Shown: positions 1-8,815, numbered from the stretch's first letter. The stretch: 24,000 nt of DNA from an uncultured Actinomycetota bacterium (GCA_963790525.1 CAWBOV010000003.1:21279-45278); one strand, 5' to 3'. The notes: a model not told the origin generated them from the sequence alone. A program made the numbers and translations.

Positions 1-237
1 CCGGGCATCGCGGTTCCGGCGACGATCCTCGGGCTGCTCGCCCGTCCGCTGGCGCTCGCCGGCCTGGCGCTGGCGGCAGTGTGCGAACTGTCGAGCCTGA
101 CGCTCGCCACCAGCGCGCTGTACCCGCTGCTGCCGATCGGTCGATTCGCCTCCCTGGCCTGGCTCATCGCGGTCGGATTCGCGCTCCCCAGCCGGCGAAG
201 CTCGATCCCCCGACGGCAGGGAGCGACGCGGCTGTAG
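1..237 (+). CDS. 3' end of a hydrophobic (membrane) protein of unknown function; 5' end lies outside the window
   Basis: Frame 1 is open from base 1 to TAG 235-237. It translates as PGIAVPATILGLLARPLALAGLALAAVCELSSLTLATSALYPLLPIGRFASLAWLIAVGFALPSRRSS..., which looks like two or three TM-like stretches. Third-codon positions are GC-rich. The ORF is not in the track because it has no start in the window. Confidence 0.45.
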   Translation, partial: PGIAVPATILGLLARPLALAGLALAAVCELSSLTLATSALYPLLPIGRFASLAWLIAVGFALPSRRSSIPRRQGATRL

Positions 238-280
238 CAGTCTGACGTATCGATCGACGCTCACCGCCAGAAGGAAGACG

Positions 281-754
281 ATGCCGAGACCACCCATCGC
301 CCGCCTCGCGCCGCTGATGCCACAACTCGCCCTGGCGCTCCAGAAGGGCCACGAGCATGTGCCCGAGGAGCTCAGAGCCACCGGCACCATGGGCATCCGG
401 CACATCGGCACGCTGGTCTCGCTCGCAAGCCAGGGAACCGGCACGGTCGGCGAACTCGCCGAACGGATGGGCATGACACCCGCCCACGCCAGCCTCGTGG
501 TCGGTGACCTGGTCCGCGCCGGCCTGGTCAGCCGCACCTCGGCAACGGAGGACCGTCGGCGCGTCGTCGTGGCCCTCACCGATCACGCCCGGCCGCTGCT
601 CGAGCAGATGCGCAGGCAGCGCGCCGCACCGCTGCGCGCGTTCCTGTCCACGCTGTCCGACGACGAGGCGAACGTCTTCATCGACCACCTGCACGCCCTG
701 GTCGACGCCCTGGCATCCGTACCGGCGCCATCGGACGGACCGGGACCGCACTGA
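281..754 (+). CDS. MarR-family winged-helix transcriptional regulator
   Basis: 157 aa. RBS GAAGGAAG at 270-277 precedes ATG 281. The MarR wHTH core reads GTVGELAERMGMTPAHASLVVGDLVRAGLVSRTSATEDRRRVVVALTDHARPLL. It lies directly upstream of hypAB on the same strand. Confidence 0.8.
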   Translation: MPRPPIARLAPLMPQLALALQKGHEHVPEELRATGTMGIRHIGTLVSLASQGTGTVGELAERMGMTPAHASLVVGDLVRAGLVSRTSATEDRRRVVVALTDHARPLLEQMRRQRAAPLRAFLSTLSDDEANVFIDHLHALVDALASVPAPSDGPGPH

Positions 755-838
755 CCCTGCCCCGGGCGGAGCTGTCCGCGCGGACCTGTTGACAGGGCGC
801 CTACCGTGGCAGCATCCGGCGATGGGCAGATCGAAGGC

Positions 839-1177
839 ATGCACGAGCTGGCGATAACGCAGAGCATCGTCGACGCGGTGAGCGAGCGCGTCGGCGATAC
901 ACCGGTGTCGGTCGTGCGCATCCGGGTCGGCGCGTTGTCGGGCGTCTTCCCGCACGCGATGCAGTTCGCTTTCGAGGTCGTCACTGTGGGCACCGCGTTG
1001 GAGGGAGCCGAACTGGTGATCGACGAGCAGCCGGGCCTTGGACACTGCCGCGATTGCGGCCGCGATGTCTCGCTGCCCGATCTGATCCTGTTGTGCGACT
1101 GCGGCAGCGCGAACGTCCACGTCGTGTCCGGTCGCGAGCTGGCGATCGAGTCGATCGAGTCGGCTGCGGCGATCTAG
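839..1177 (+). CDS. hypA: [NiFe]-hydrogenase nickel-insertion metallochaperone HypA
   Basis: The N-terminal MHE nickel-binding motif (MHELAITQSIVD) sets the start at ATG 839 rather than the track start at 806. The zinc site CRDCG...x13...CDCGS is present. The TAG stop abuts the hypB ATG. Confidence 0.9.
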   Translation: MHELAITQSIVDAVSERVGDTPVSVVRIRVGALSGVFPHAMQFAFEVVTVGTALEGAELVIDEQPGLGHCRDCGRDVSLPDLILLCDCGSANVHVVSGRELAIESIESAAAI

Positions 1178-1984
1178 ATGTGCGCGACCTGCGGCTGCGG
1201 CGACGACGGCGACGTGCGCGTGACCACCGTCGATCGCCAGCACCAGGACGTTCACGCCGCCGGCCATCCCCACGAGCACGCGCATGAGCACGCGCATGAG
1301 CACCCGCACGAGCATCCGCGCACGGAACCGGCCCCGACTCGCACGCAGGTGCTCGAAGTCAACATCCTGGCCAAGAACGACGACCTCGCCGCGGCGAACC
1401 GCCGGTGGCTGGCCGGCCGGTCGATCACAGCCCTGAACCTGATGAGTTCACCGGGATCGGGCAAGACCACGTTGCTGGTGCGGACGCTGTCCGAGCTGGC
1501 GTCCGGGCGGGCGCTCGCCGTGATCGAGGGTGACCAGGAGACGCTGCTGGACGCCGGTCGCATCAGTGCGACCGGAGCGCCCGTGGTGCAGGTCAACACC
1601 GGAGCCGGCTGTCATCTGGACGCCGAGATGATGAGATCCGCGCTCGATCAGCTGGCGCCGGAGGACGCGTCGATCGTGTTCGTCGAGAACGTCGGCAACC
1701 TCGTCTGCCCTGCCCTGTTCGACCTGGGTGAGGCGGCGAAGGTCGTGGTGATCTCGGTGACCGAGGGCACGGACAAGCCGCTGAAGTATCCGCAGATGTT
1801 CGCCGGCGCCGACCTGATGATCGTGAACAAGGTGGACCTGTTGCCCTACGTGGACTTCGACGTGGACGCCTGCGTGCGATTCGCCCGTCAGGTGAATCCC
1901 GAGCTGCACGCCATTGCGGTGTCGGCGACTACGGGCGAGGGCATGGCCCGGTGGTACGACTGGATCGACCGTGTTGCCTCTTGA
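1178..1984 (+). CDS. hypB: [NiFe]-hydrogenase nickel-incorporation GTPase HypB with a His-rich N-terminal tract
   Basis: The N-terminus MCATCGCG carries the CxxCGC high-affinity Ni motif. A His/Glu tract HPHEHAHEHAHEHPHEHP at 1265-1318 is encoded by direct CACGCGCATGAG repeats. The P-loop SPGSGKTTLL, ENVGNLVCPA and NKVDL G-motifs are all present. Confidence 0.93.
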   Translation: MCATCGCGDDGDVRVTTVDRQHQDVHAAGHPHEHAHEHAHEHPHEHPRTEPAPTRTQVLEVNILAKNDDLAAANRRWLAGRSITALNLMSSPGSGKTTLLVRTLSELASGRALAVIEGDQETLLDAGRISATGAPVVQVNTGAGCHLDAEMMRSALDQLAPEDASIVFVENVGNLVCPALFDLGEAAKVVVISVTEGTDKPLKYPQMFAGADLMIVNKVDLLPYVDFDVDACVRFARQVNPELHAIAVSATTGEGMARWYDWIDRVAS

Positions 1985-2016
1985 TCGTCACGGTGATGTT
2001 CGGTGCCAGGAGGCTA

Positions 2017-2045
2017 TTGACCGCATGGGCTAGCGGGTCTATGAA
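2017..2045 (+). promoter_or_regulatory. Candidate sigma-70/SigA-type promoter for hhySL
   Basis: TTGACC (2017-2022), a 17-nt spacer, then TATGAA (2040-2045), about 80 nt upstream of the hhyS ATG in the 140-bp hypB-hhyS gap. This is sequence pattern only. Confidence 0.3.
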
Positions 2046-2124
2046 CGGTAGGTAGGGCCGCAGGGTGGATCGGGCGCCGAGCCGCAGGCGACTTCATATC
2101 CGCTTGGGCGAAAAGGCGGTCGCG

Positions 2125-3180
2125 ATGCCTTCTGATGCTGCGATCAAAGCAGAGGAAACCCTCATTCATGTGCTCTGGATCAATGCCGGGCTCAGCTGCG
2201 ACGGTGACTCGGTCGCGCTCACCGCGGCCACCCAACCGTCCATCGAAGAGATCGCGCTGGGCGCCCTGCCGGGGCTGCCGAAGATCGCGGTGCATTGGCC
2301 ACTGATCGACTTCGAGTGCGGCCCGACCGGGGGCGCCGACGACTTCCTGGAATGGTTCTTCAAGGCCGACCGAGGCGAACTCGAGCCCTTCGTGCTCGTC
2401 GTCGAGGGCTCGATACCCAACGAGGCGCTGCACGAGGAGGGCTACTGGTGCGGGTTCGGCAACGACCCGGCCACCGGTCAGCCCATGACGACCAGCGAGT
2501 GGCTCGATCGGCTCGCCCCGAAGGCGACGGCCATCATCGCCGCGGGCACGTGCGCGACCTACGGTGGAATCCATGCCATGGCCGGTAATCCGACAGGGGC
2601 GATGGGGGTACCGGACTACCTGGGTTGGGACTGGAAGTCGAAGGCCGGCATCCCGATCGTCTGCGTGCCGGGATGCCCGGTGCAGCCGGACAATCTCTCC
2701 GAGACGATCACGTACCTGCTGTACATGGCCACCGGCCAGGCGCCGATGATCCCGCTGGACAACGCGCTCCGTCCGAGCTGGCTGTTCGGCCAGACAGTGC
2801 ACGAGGGGTGCGACCGGGCCGGGTACTACGAGCAGGGTGACTTCGCGACCGAGTACGGCTCGCCGAAGTGCATCGTCAAGCTCGGCTGCTGGGGCCCGGT
2901 CGTGAAGTGCAACGTGCCCAAGCGCGGCTGGCTGAACGGCGTCGGCGGCTGCCCGAACGTCGGCGGGATCTGCATCGGCTGCACCATGCCCGGTTTCCCC
3001 GACAAGTTCATGCCGTTCATGGACGAGCCGCCCGGCAGCAAGGTGTCGGCCACGGCGTCGGGGGTGTACGGCAAGGCGGTCCGTAGCCTGCGCGCGATCA
3101 CGAACAAGACGCTCGACCAGGAACCGAAGTGGCGTGGCCGCGGAGCCGAACTGACCACCGGGGCGACCAGAACCTGGTAG
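2125..3180 (+). CDS. hhyS: [NiFe]-hydrogenase small subunit, group 1h/5 type (no Tat signal)
   Basis: MPSDAAIKAEETLIHVLWINAGLSCDGDSVALTAA..., followed by Fe-S ligand motifs GTCATYGG, CVPGCP, HEGCDR, KLGCWGPVVKCNVP and GGICIGCTMPGFPD. I chose ATG 2125 because the track start at 2065 adds an Arg-rich leader. No RRxFxK twin-arginine leader is present. Confidence 0.9.
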   Translation: MPSDAAIKAEETLIHVLWINAGLSCDGDSVALTAATQPSIEEIALGALPGLPKIAVHWPLIDFECGPTGGADDFLEWFFKADRGELEPFVLVVEGSIPNEALHEEGYWCGFGNDPATGQPMTTSEWLDRLAPKATAIIAAGTCATYGGIHAMAGNPTGAMGVPDYLGWDWKSKAGIPIVCVPGCPVQPDNLSETITYLLYMATGQAPMIPLDNALRPSWLFGQTVHEGCDRAGYYEQGDFATEYGSPKCIVKLGCWGPVVKCNVPKRGWLNGVGGCPNVGGICIGCTMPGFPDKFMPFMDEPPGSKVSATASGVYGKAVRSLRAITNKTLDQEPKWRGRGAELTTGATRTW

Positions 3181-3243
3181 GCGGCCCAGCGCAACGACCC
3201 GCCCCATCCGGGCAGTGCCCGGCGACCCAGAGAGGCACCCGTC

Positions 3244-5040
3244 ATGACCTCGACCCGCTCCCGCCCGAGCCACGCCAGCGCCGAGGGCTCGGATGGCCTC
3301 GTCGAGATGTCCTGGGATCCCATCACGCGGATCGTGGGCAGTCTCGGCATCTACACAAAGATCGACTTCAAGCAGCGGGTCGTCGCCGAGTGCCACAGCA
3401 CGTCCTCGATCTTCCGCGGGTACTCGATCTTCATGAAGGGCAAGGACCCCCGGGACGCGCACTTCATCACCAGCCGGATCTGCGGGATCTGTGGCGACAA
3501 CCACGCGACGTGCTCGTGCTACGCGCAGAACATGGCCTACGGCGTGAAGCCGCCGCCCATCGGCGAGTGGATCGTGAACCTGGGTGAAGCGGCCGAGTAC
3601 ATGTTCGACCACAACATCTTCCAGGAGAACCTCGTCGGCGTGGACTACTGCGAGAAGATGGTCTCCGAGACGAACCCCGGCGTGCTGGAGCTGGCCAACA
3701 ACACCGAAGCGCCGCATGTGGGCGACCACGGCTACCGGACCATCGGCGACATCATGCGCTCGCTGAATCCGTTCACCGGCGAGTTCTACCGCGAGGCGCT
3801 GCAGGTCAGCCGCTCGACGCGGGAGATGTTCTGCCTCATGGAGGGGCGTCACGTGCACCCGTCCACGCTCTACCCGGGCGGCGTCGGCACGGTCGCGACG
3901 ATCCAGTTGATGACCGACTACATCACCCGGCTGATGCGCTACGTCGAGTTCATGAAGAAGGTCGTGCCGATGCACGACGACCTGTTCGACTTCTTCTACC
4001 AGGCACTGCCGGGCTACGAGCAGGTCGGCCTGCGCCGCACGTTGCTGGCCTGCTGGGGCTCGTTCCAGGACCCCGACTACTGCAACTTCGACTACAAGGA
4101 CATGACCCAGTGGGGCCGCAAGATGTACGTCACGCCGGGCGTCGTGGTCGACGGAAAGCTCGTGACCACGGACCTGGTCGAGATCAACCTGGGCATCCGG
4201 ATCCTGCTCGGCAGCTCCTACTACGACGACTGGGACGGCCAGGAGATCTTCGTCAAGAACGACCCGCTGGGCAATCCGGTCGATCGGCGCCACCCGTGGA
4301 ACCAGCACACCAACCCGCGTCCGCAGAAGCGCGATCTGGACGAGAAGTACAGCTGGGTGATGTCACCGCGGTGGTTCGACGGCAAGGACTATCTCGCGCT
4401 CGACACCGGCGGTGGCCCGCTGGCTCGGCTGTGGTCGACGGCGCTCGCCGGACTGGTCGACATCGGGTACGTGCAGTCGACCGGCAGCAGCGTCAAGATC
4501 AACCTGCCGAAGACGGCGCTGAAGGGTCCGGTCGAGTTCGAGTGGAAGATCCCGCAGTGGAGTAACACGATCGAGCGCAACCGGGCGCGCACGTACTTCC
4601 AGGCGTACGCGGCCGCGTGTGCGCTGCACTTCGCGGAGAAGGCGCTCGTCGAGATCCGGGCCGGCCGCACGAAGACGTGGGAGAAGTTCGAGGTGCCGGA
4701 CGAGGGCATCGGCTGCGGCTTCACCGAGGCCGTCCGCGGCGTGCTGAGCCACCACATGGTGATCAGGGACGGCAAGATCGCGAACTACCACCCGTATCCA
4801 CCGACGCCGTGGAACGCCAACCCGCGCGACTCCTTCGGCACGCCGGGTCCCTACGAGGACGCGGTGCAGGGTCAGCCGATCTTCGAGGAGAACGACCGCG
4901 AGCACTTCAAGGGCATCGACATCATGCGGACCGTGCGCAGCTTCGATCCGTGCCTGCCGTGCGGCGTGCACATGTACCTCGGCGGGGGCGTGACCCTGGA
5001 GGCGCTGCATTCGCCCACGCAGTCCGTCACCGGCGAATGA
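3244..5040 (+). CDS. hhyL: [NiFe]-hydrogenase large subunit, group 1h/5 (high-affinity, actinobacterial type)
   Basis: 598 aa. RBS AGAGAGG is about 8 nt upstream. The N-terminal Ni-Fe ligand motif is TSRICGICGDNH (RICGICGDNH = 3475-3504). The C-terminal motif SFDPCLPCGVH is at 4939-4971, followed by a 22-aa tail (MYLGGGVTLEALHSPTQSVTGE) expected to be removed by the endopeptidase. These motif variants are diagnostic of group 1h/5. Confidence 0.95.
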   Translation: MTSTRSRPSHASAEGSDGLVEMSWDPITRIVGSLGIYTKIDFKQRVVAECHSTSSIFRGYSIFMKGKDPRDAHFITSRICGICGDNHATCSCYAQNMAYGVKPPPIGEWIVNLGEAAEYMFDHNIFQENLVGVDYCEKMVSETNPGVLELANNTEAPHVGDHGYRTIGDIMRSLNPFTGEFYREALQVSRSTREMFCLMEGRHVHPSTLYPGGVGTVATIQLMTDYITRLMRYVEFMKKVVPMHDDLFDFFYQALPGYEQVGLRRTLLACWGSFQDPDYCNFDYKDMTQWGRKMYVTPGVVVDGKLVTTDLVEINLGIRILLGSSYYDDWDGQEIFVKNDPLGNPVDRRHPWNQHTNPRPQKRDLDEKYSWVMSPRWFDGKDYLALDTGGGPLARLWSTALAGLVDIGYVQSTGSSVKINLPKTALKGPVEFEWKIPQWSNTIERNRARTYFQAYAAACALHFAEKALVEIRAGRTKTWEKFEVPDEGIGCGFTEAVRGVLSHHMVIRDGKIANYHPYPPTPWNANPRDSFGTPGPYEDAVQGQPIFEENDREHFKGIDIMRTVRSFDPCLPCGVHMYLGGGVTLEALHSPTQSVTGE

Positions 5041-6012
5041 CCATGCCCGGGCCCGCGACCGCGGCCGACCACGCAGGTCGACCGAGCCAGCCGGCCCAGG
5101 CTGATCAACTGCGAGCCGCGGGGGACCGCATCGAGTCGCTCATCGACGCGTGCGCGACCGGTGGCCCGTCCGCGCGCGCACGGGCCGAGGATCTCGTCGC
5201 GTCGGTGTCGACGCTCTACGGCGCCGGTCTCGGACGGCTGCTCGAGATCCTCGACGAGGCCGGCCGACTCGGGCCGTCCGTGCTCGACGCGCTCGCCGAC
5301 GACGAGCTCGTCTCCGGCCTGCTGCTGGTGCACGACCTGCACCCCTACGACGTCGACACCCGGATCGGGCGCGCGCTGGACAAGGTCCGGCCCTACCTGG
5401 GCACGCACGGCGGCGATGTCGAGCTGCTCGGCATCGACGACGAAGGGGTCGTGCGGCTGCGCCTGCTCGGCAGTTGCGACGGCTGCCCGTCCTCGTCGGT
5501 GACGTTGGAGCTGGCGGTGGAGGGTGCGGTGGCCGCGGCCGCGCCCGAGATGACGCGCATCGAGGTGACCGCAGGCGCGGCGACGAAGGCGCAGCCGGTG
5601 GGAGGCCTGATCACACCCGACTCGCTGCGGTCCCGCATCGACCGGCAGCCGGCGCGCGTCGGCCGACCTGGCGCGTCGCTGCCCGAGCTCGCGGAGCTGG
5701 CGCCGGGCCGACTGGCGGGCTTCGAGTTCGACGGCCTGACGCTCTGCGCCTGCCGCATCGGCAACGACTGTCTACTGTTTCCGCGACCGGTGCGGGCACT
5801 GCGGGCAGAGCCTGGCCGGCAGCGTGATCGAGCGGCGGCTCGGTGACGCGGTCGGTTCCGGCGTGCTGCGGTGCGCCCGCTGCCGTGCGCACTTCGACGT
5901 GCGTCGCGCCGGTGTCGGTCTGGACGACGCCGAGGAGCACCTCGAACCGTTGCCCGTCCTCGTCCGCGACGGCGTCCTGTCCGTGGCGCTCCCGTCCCCA
6001 GCCGTGCCATGA
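5037..6012 (+). pseudogene. hhyE: HhyE-like putative Fe-S protein (NifU-like domain plus Rieske-type Cys/His domain), with the frame broken by one extra nt at about 5769
   Basis: ATG 5037 overlaps the hhyL stop (ATGA); ATG 5043 is an alternative start. Frame 0 gives the NifU-C-like sequence GGDVELLGIDDEGVVRLRLLGSCDGCPSSSVTLE. After ...LCACRIGND the track frame degenerates and stops at 5846. Frame +1 from 5770 instead reads VYCFRDRCGHCGQSLAGS...VLRCARCRAHFDV (C-x-H ... C-x2-H) through to TGA 6010-6012. Confidence 0.7.
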
Positions 6013-6675
6013 GTACCCCGCCGCTGTTCGTCCTGCGGCGCATCGCGCAACGCCCGCCGCCACCTCCGGCCGGCGAGGTGTGCGAGATGTGCGGCGTCGC
6101 GATCGACGAGCACGAGCACGGGCATGTGGTCGACCGGGCGAGCCGATCGCTGATGTGCACCTGCCGCCCGTGCTACCTGCTGTTCACCGCCGAAGGGGCG
6201 GAGCTGCGCTTCCGGGCCGTGCCCGATCGCTACCTCTCCTTCCCCGACTTCCAGCTCGGTCCGGGGCAGTGGGATCAGCTCGAGATCCCGGTCGGGCTGG
6301 CGTTCTTCTTCCACAACTCGACGATGCAGCGGATGGTCGCCTTCTACCCGGGTCCGGCCGGCGCCACCGAGTCCGAACTTCCCTTGGATGCGTGGAGCAC
6401 GGTCACCGCGCAGAATCCCGCAGCTGCGGCTGCTGACCCCCGACGTCGAAGCCCTGCTCGTGCGCACCCCGACCGCGGCAGCGGCGAGGTGAGTTGTCAT
6501 CTCGTCCCGATCGACGTCTGTTACGAGCTGGTCGGCGGGCTGCGCTCGGTGTGGCGGGGTTTCGACGGCGGGCGTGAGGCGCAGCGACCGCATCGACGGG
6601 TTCTTCCGGAAGGTCGCCGAGCGCAGCCGTCCGGCGCCCTCCGTCCTCGCGATGCAGGACGAGGTGGCCCGATGA
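6009..6675 (+). pseudogene. Conserved hydrogenase-cluster protein of unknown function with a Cys-rich N-terminus (recalled as the DUF5947 family, unverified); three frame breaks
   Basis: ATG 6009 overlaps the hhyE stop (ATGA). MSTPPLFVLRRIAQ...CEMCGVAIDEHEHGHVVDRASRSLMCTCRPCYLLF... GC3 and peptide coherence show frame 0 to 6419, an extra nt at about 6420 and frame 1 for QLRLLTPDVEALLVRTP. A 1-nt loss at about 6470 returns to frame 0 for DRGSGEVSCHLVPIDVCYELVGGLRSVWRGFDGGREAQ. An extra c at 6585 then gives frame 1 for DRIDGFFRKVAERSRPAPSVLAMQDEVAR, ending at TGA 6673-6675, which overlaps the next ATG. Confidence 0.6.
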
Positions 6676-7315
6676 CCGCGCTCAGCTTCGCCGTGGCGGA
6701 CGTGTTCGCCGAGCCGTACGCCGTCGCGCCGCAGCTCACCGCCCGCCTGCGCATCGAGGAGTCGACCGGCGCGACGATCCACGCGATCGCGCTGCGCGCC
6801 CAGGTGCGCATCGAACCGCAGCGCCGGCCCTACAGCGCGGACGAGGAGAGCGCTGCTGCTCGACATCTTCGGAACGCGTGACCGGTGGTACGACACGCTG
6901 AAGCCGTTCATGTGGATGCAGGCCGGCGCGATGGTGCAGGGGTTCACCGGCATCACCGAGGTCGACCTGGCATTGCCGTGCACCTATGACTTCGACGTCG
7001 ACCGCGTCGAAGTACCTGCACGCGCTGCGCGACGGCGCGGTCAGCGTGGTGCTCCTGTTCTCCGGGACGGTGTTCATCCGGGGCGAGCGTGGGTTCGGCG
7101 TCGAGCAGGTGCCATGGGATCGCGAAGCCCGCTACGAGATGCCGATCACGGTGTGGCGCGACCTGATCGACCGGTACTTCCCGGGTACCGGCTGGCTGCG
7201 CCTCGATCGCGACCTGATCGAGGCACTGGCGCGCCACAAGGCCGACCACGGCCTCATCTCCTGGGACGAGACGGTGCGGGCGCTGCTGGCCGAGGCGGAC
7301 AGGACGCGGACGTGA
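6672..7315 (+). pseudogene. Conserved hydrogenase-cluster protein of unknown function (recalled as the DUF6084 family, unverified); two frame breaks
   Basis: ATG 6672 (ATGA overlap). Frame 0 reads MTALSFAVADVFAEPYAVAPQLTARLRIEESTGATIHAIALRAQVRIEPQRRPYSADEE. An extra a at 6849 leads to frame 1, ALLLDIFGTRDRWYDTLKPFMWMQAGAMVQGFTGITEVDLALPCTYDFDV. An extra nt at about 7000 leads to frame 2, TASKYLHALRDGAVSVVLLFSGTVFIRGERGFGVEQVPWDREARYEMPITVWRDLIDRYFPGTGWLRLDRDLIEAL...DRTRT, ending at TGA 7313-7315. Confidence 0.6.
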
Positions 7316-8699
7316 AGCCCGCCCCGAGCGCGGCCGAGTACGCCCGTACGGTCGCGGATGCCGTGCTCTACGAGGGGTACCTGCTCTATCCCTACCGGGC
7401 CAGCTCCGGCAAGAACCGGTCCCGCTGGCAGTTCGGCGTGCTCGGTCCGACCGGGGCGGCGTTGTCGGGTCACGGCGAGGACTCCTCGCTGGCATCGCAG
7501 TTCCTGGTGCGCGCACCCGATCCCGCGTCGGCCGCCATCACGCTCGAGCTGCGATTCCTCCACCTGCAGAAGCGCAGCGCCCAGCTGGCCGGAGCGGACG
7601 GCCGGTTCGTCGAGGTCAGCGAGTTGGTGGCCGGCGAGCAGCGCTGGCTGACCTGGGAAGAGGCCGCCGCGCACGAGCATCTCGTGCGGACCGTGGTCGC
7701 TGGCGGCACTGGCCGAGGGCCGGACCGAGCCGATCGAGGTCGCCGCCGGAGCGGAGACGGAGCCGAACCCCGGCAGCACCCCCGCGGCCCGGTTGGTGCG
7801 CAGCCGCCGCCGGCTGCAGGCCGAGCTGGATGTCCGAGCCGAGCCGGTCGGCGGCGACCTCGTCCGCATCTCGATGCAGCGTCACCAACACCACGCCGGA
7901 CGCGGCCGGTGACCACGCTGCGGCGACCGCCGCGTCGTTCCTCGGCGCCCACCTGCTGGTCGAGGTCGAGCACGCCGAGGCACTGTCGATGACCGATCCT
8001 CCCGAGGACGCAGTCGACGCGGCCGGTCGGTGCATCCAGCACCGCTGCTGGCCCGTGCTGGCCGGGCCGGCCGATGACACGTCGCTGGTGCTGGTGTCGC
8101 CGATCATCCTGTACGACCACCCCGAGATCGCCGAGCAGAGCGCCGGTGCGCTGTTCGACTCGACCGAGATCGACGAGATCCTGACCCTGCGGGTGATGAC
8201 CCTGACCGACGAGGAGAAGGCCGCCGCCCGTGCCACCGATCCGCGGGCCGCCGAGATCATCGACCGGTGCGATGCGATGTCGCCGGACGCCATGGCGCAG
8301 CTGCACGGGATCCTCCGCGATCCGCATGCCCTGACCGATGCCGTCGATCCGGCCGGCTCGTTCGGGTTCGACGCCGAGGTGCCCTGGTGGGATCCAGCCG
8401 TCGACGCGAGCGTCTCGCCCGAGACGGACGAGGTCATCGTCGGCGGGGTGGCGGTGTCGGCCGGCAGCATCGTCCGGATCCATCCGTCACGGCGCGCGGA
8501 TGCGCAGGATCTCTTCTTCACCGATCAGGTCGCCCGGGTCGTGGCGGTCCAGTCCGACGTGGACGGCGACACCCACGTCGCTGTGGTTCTTCTCGACGAT
8601 CCGGCCGCCGACCTGCACGAGTGGTACGGCCGGTACCTGTACTTCGCCCCCGACGAACTCGAACCGATGCACGACAACCGAGAGGAGAGCCGATCGTGA
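7312..8699 (+). pseudogene. Conserved hydrogenase-cluster protein of unknown function (about 460 aa); two frame breaks
   Basis: GTG 7312 overlaps the preceding stop (GTGA). Frame 1 reads VKPAPSAAEYARTVADAVLYEGYLLYPYRASSGKNRSRWQFGVLGP...WLTWEEAAAHEHLVRTV. An extra nt at about 7696 leads to frame 2, SLAALAEGRTEPIEVAAGAETEPNPGSTPAARLVRSRRRLQAELDVRAEPVGGDLVRISMQ. An extra c at 7880 leads to frame 0, VTNTTPDAAGDH...ILYDHPEIAEQSAGALFDSTEIDEILTLRVMTLTDEEK...YLYFAPDELEPMHDNREESRS, ending at TGA 8697-8699. Confidence 0.55.
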
Positions 8700-8815
8700 G
8701 AACCGTAGGAATCGCCGCCACCGTACTGGCCGTGGCGGCGGTCGCCGGTGCGGTGGCGCTGGGTGTCACGTCGATACCGGACATCAAGCGCTACCTCAAG
8801 ATGCGCGCGATGTAG
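8696..8815 (+). CDS. Tiny (39-aa) single-pass membrane protein, in a conserved position before the endopeptidase gene
   Basis: GTG 8696 overlaps the preceding stop (GTGA). VRTVGIAATVLAVAAVAGAVALGVTSIPDIKRYLKMRAM has one hydrophobic helix and a basic tail. It is embedded in a longer Arg-rich track ORF (8267..8815) whose upstream part is the shadow of the previous gene. Confidence 0.45.
   Translation: MRTVGIAATVLAVAAVAGAVALGVTSIPDIKRYLKMRAM

Noticed and set aside
789-817. TTGACA at 789-794 as the -35 of a hypAB promoter
   Set aside because: No acceptable -10 hexamer lies at 16-18 nt spacing (CAGCAT/GCATCC only). hypA may be co-transcribed with the upstream marR.
164-1315. 383-aa minus-strand ORF spanning marR, hypA and the hypB 5' end
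   Set aside because: It is antisense to three well-supported genes. Its repetitive MRVLMRVLMRVL start simply mirrors the HypB His-tract repeats.
2014-4308. 764-aa minus-strand ORF opposite hhyS/hhyL
   Set aside because: It is antisense to two genes with unmistakable [NiFe]-hydrogenase motifs. It is an Arg/Ala/Val-rich translation typical of stop-poor antisense frames in high-GC DNA.
5871-7992. Track ORFs 5871..6881 (336 aa) and 6910..7992 (360 aa) taken as single proteins
   Set aside because: Each is a chimera. Real coding segments of two or three adjacent genes are joined by out-of-frame Arg/Pro-rich stretches. GC3 drops and peptide coherence is lost exactly where the true frame moves to another track ORF.
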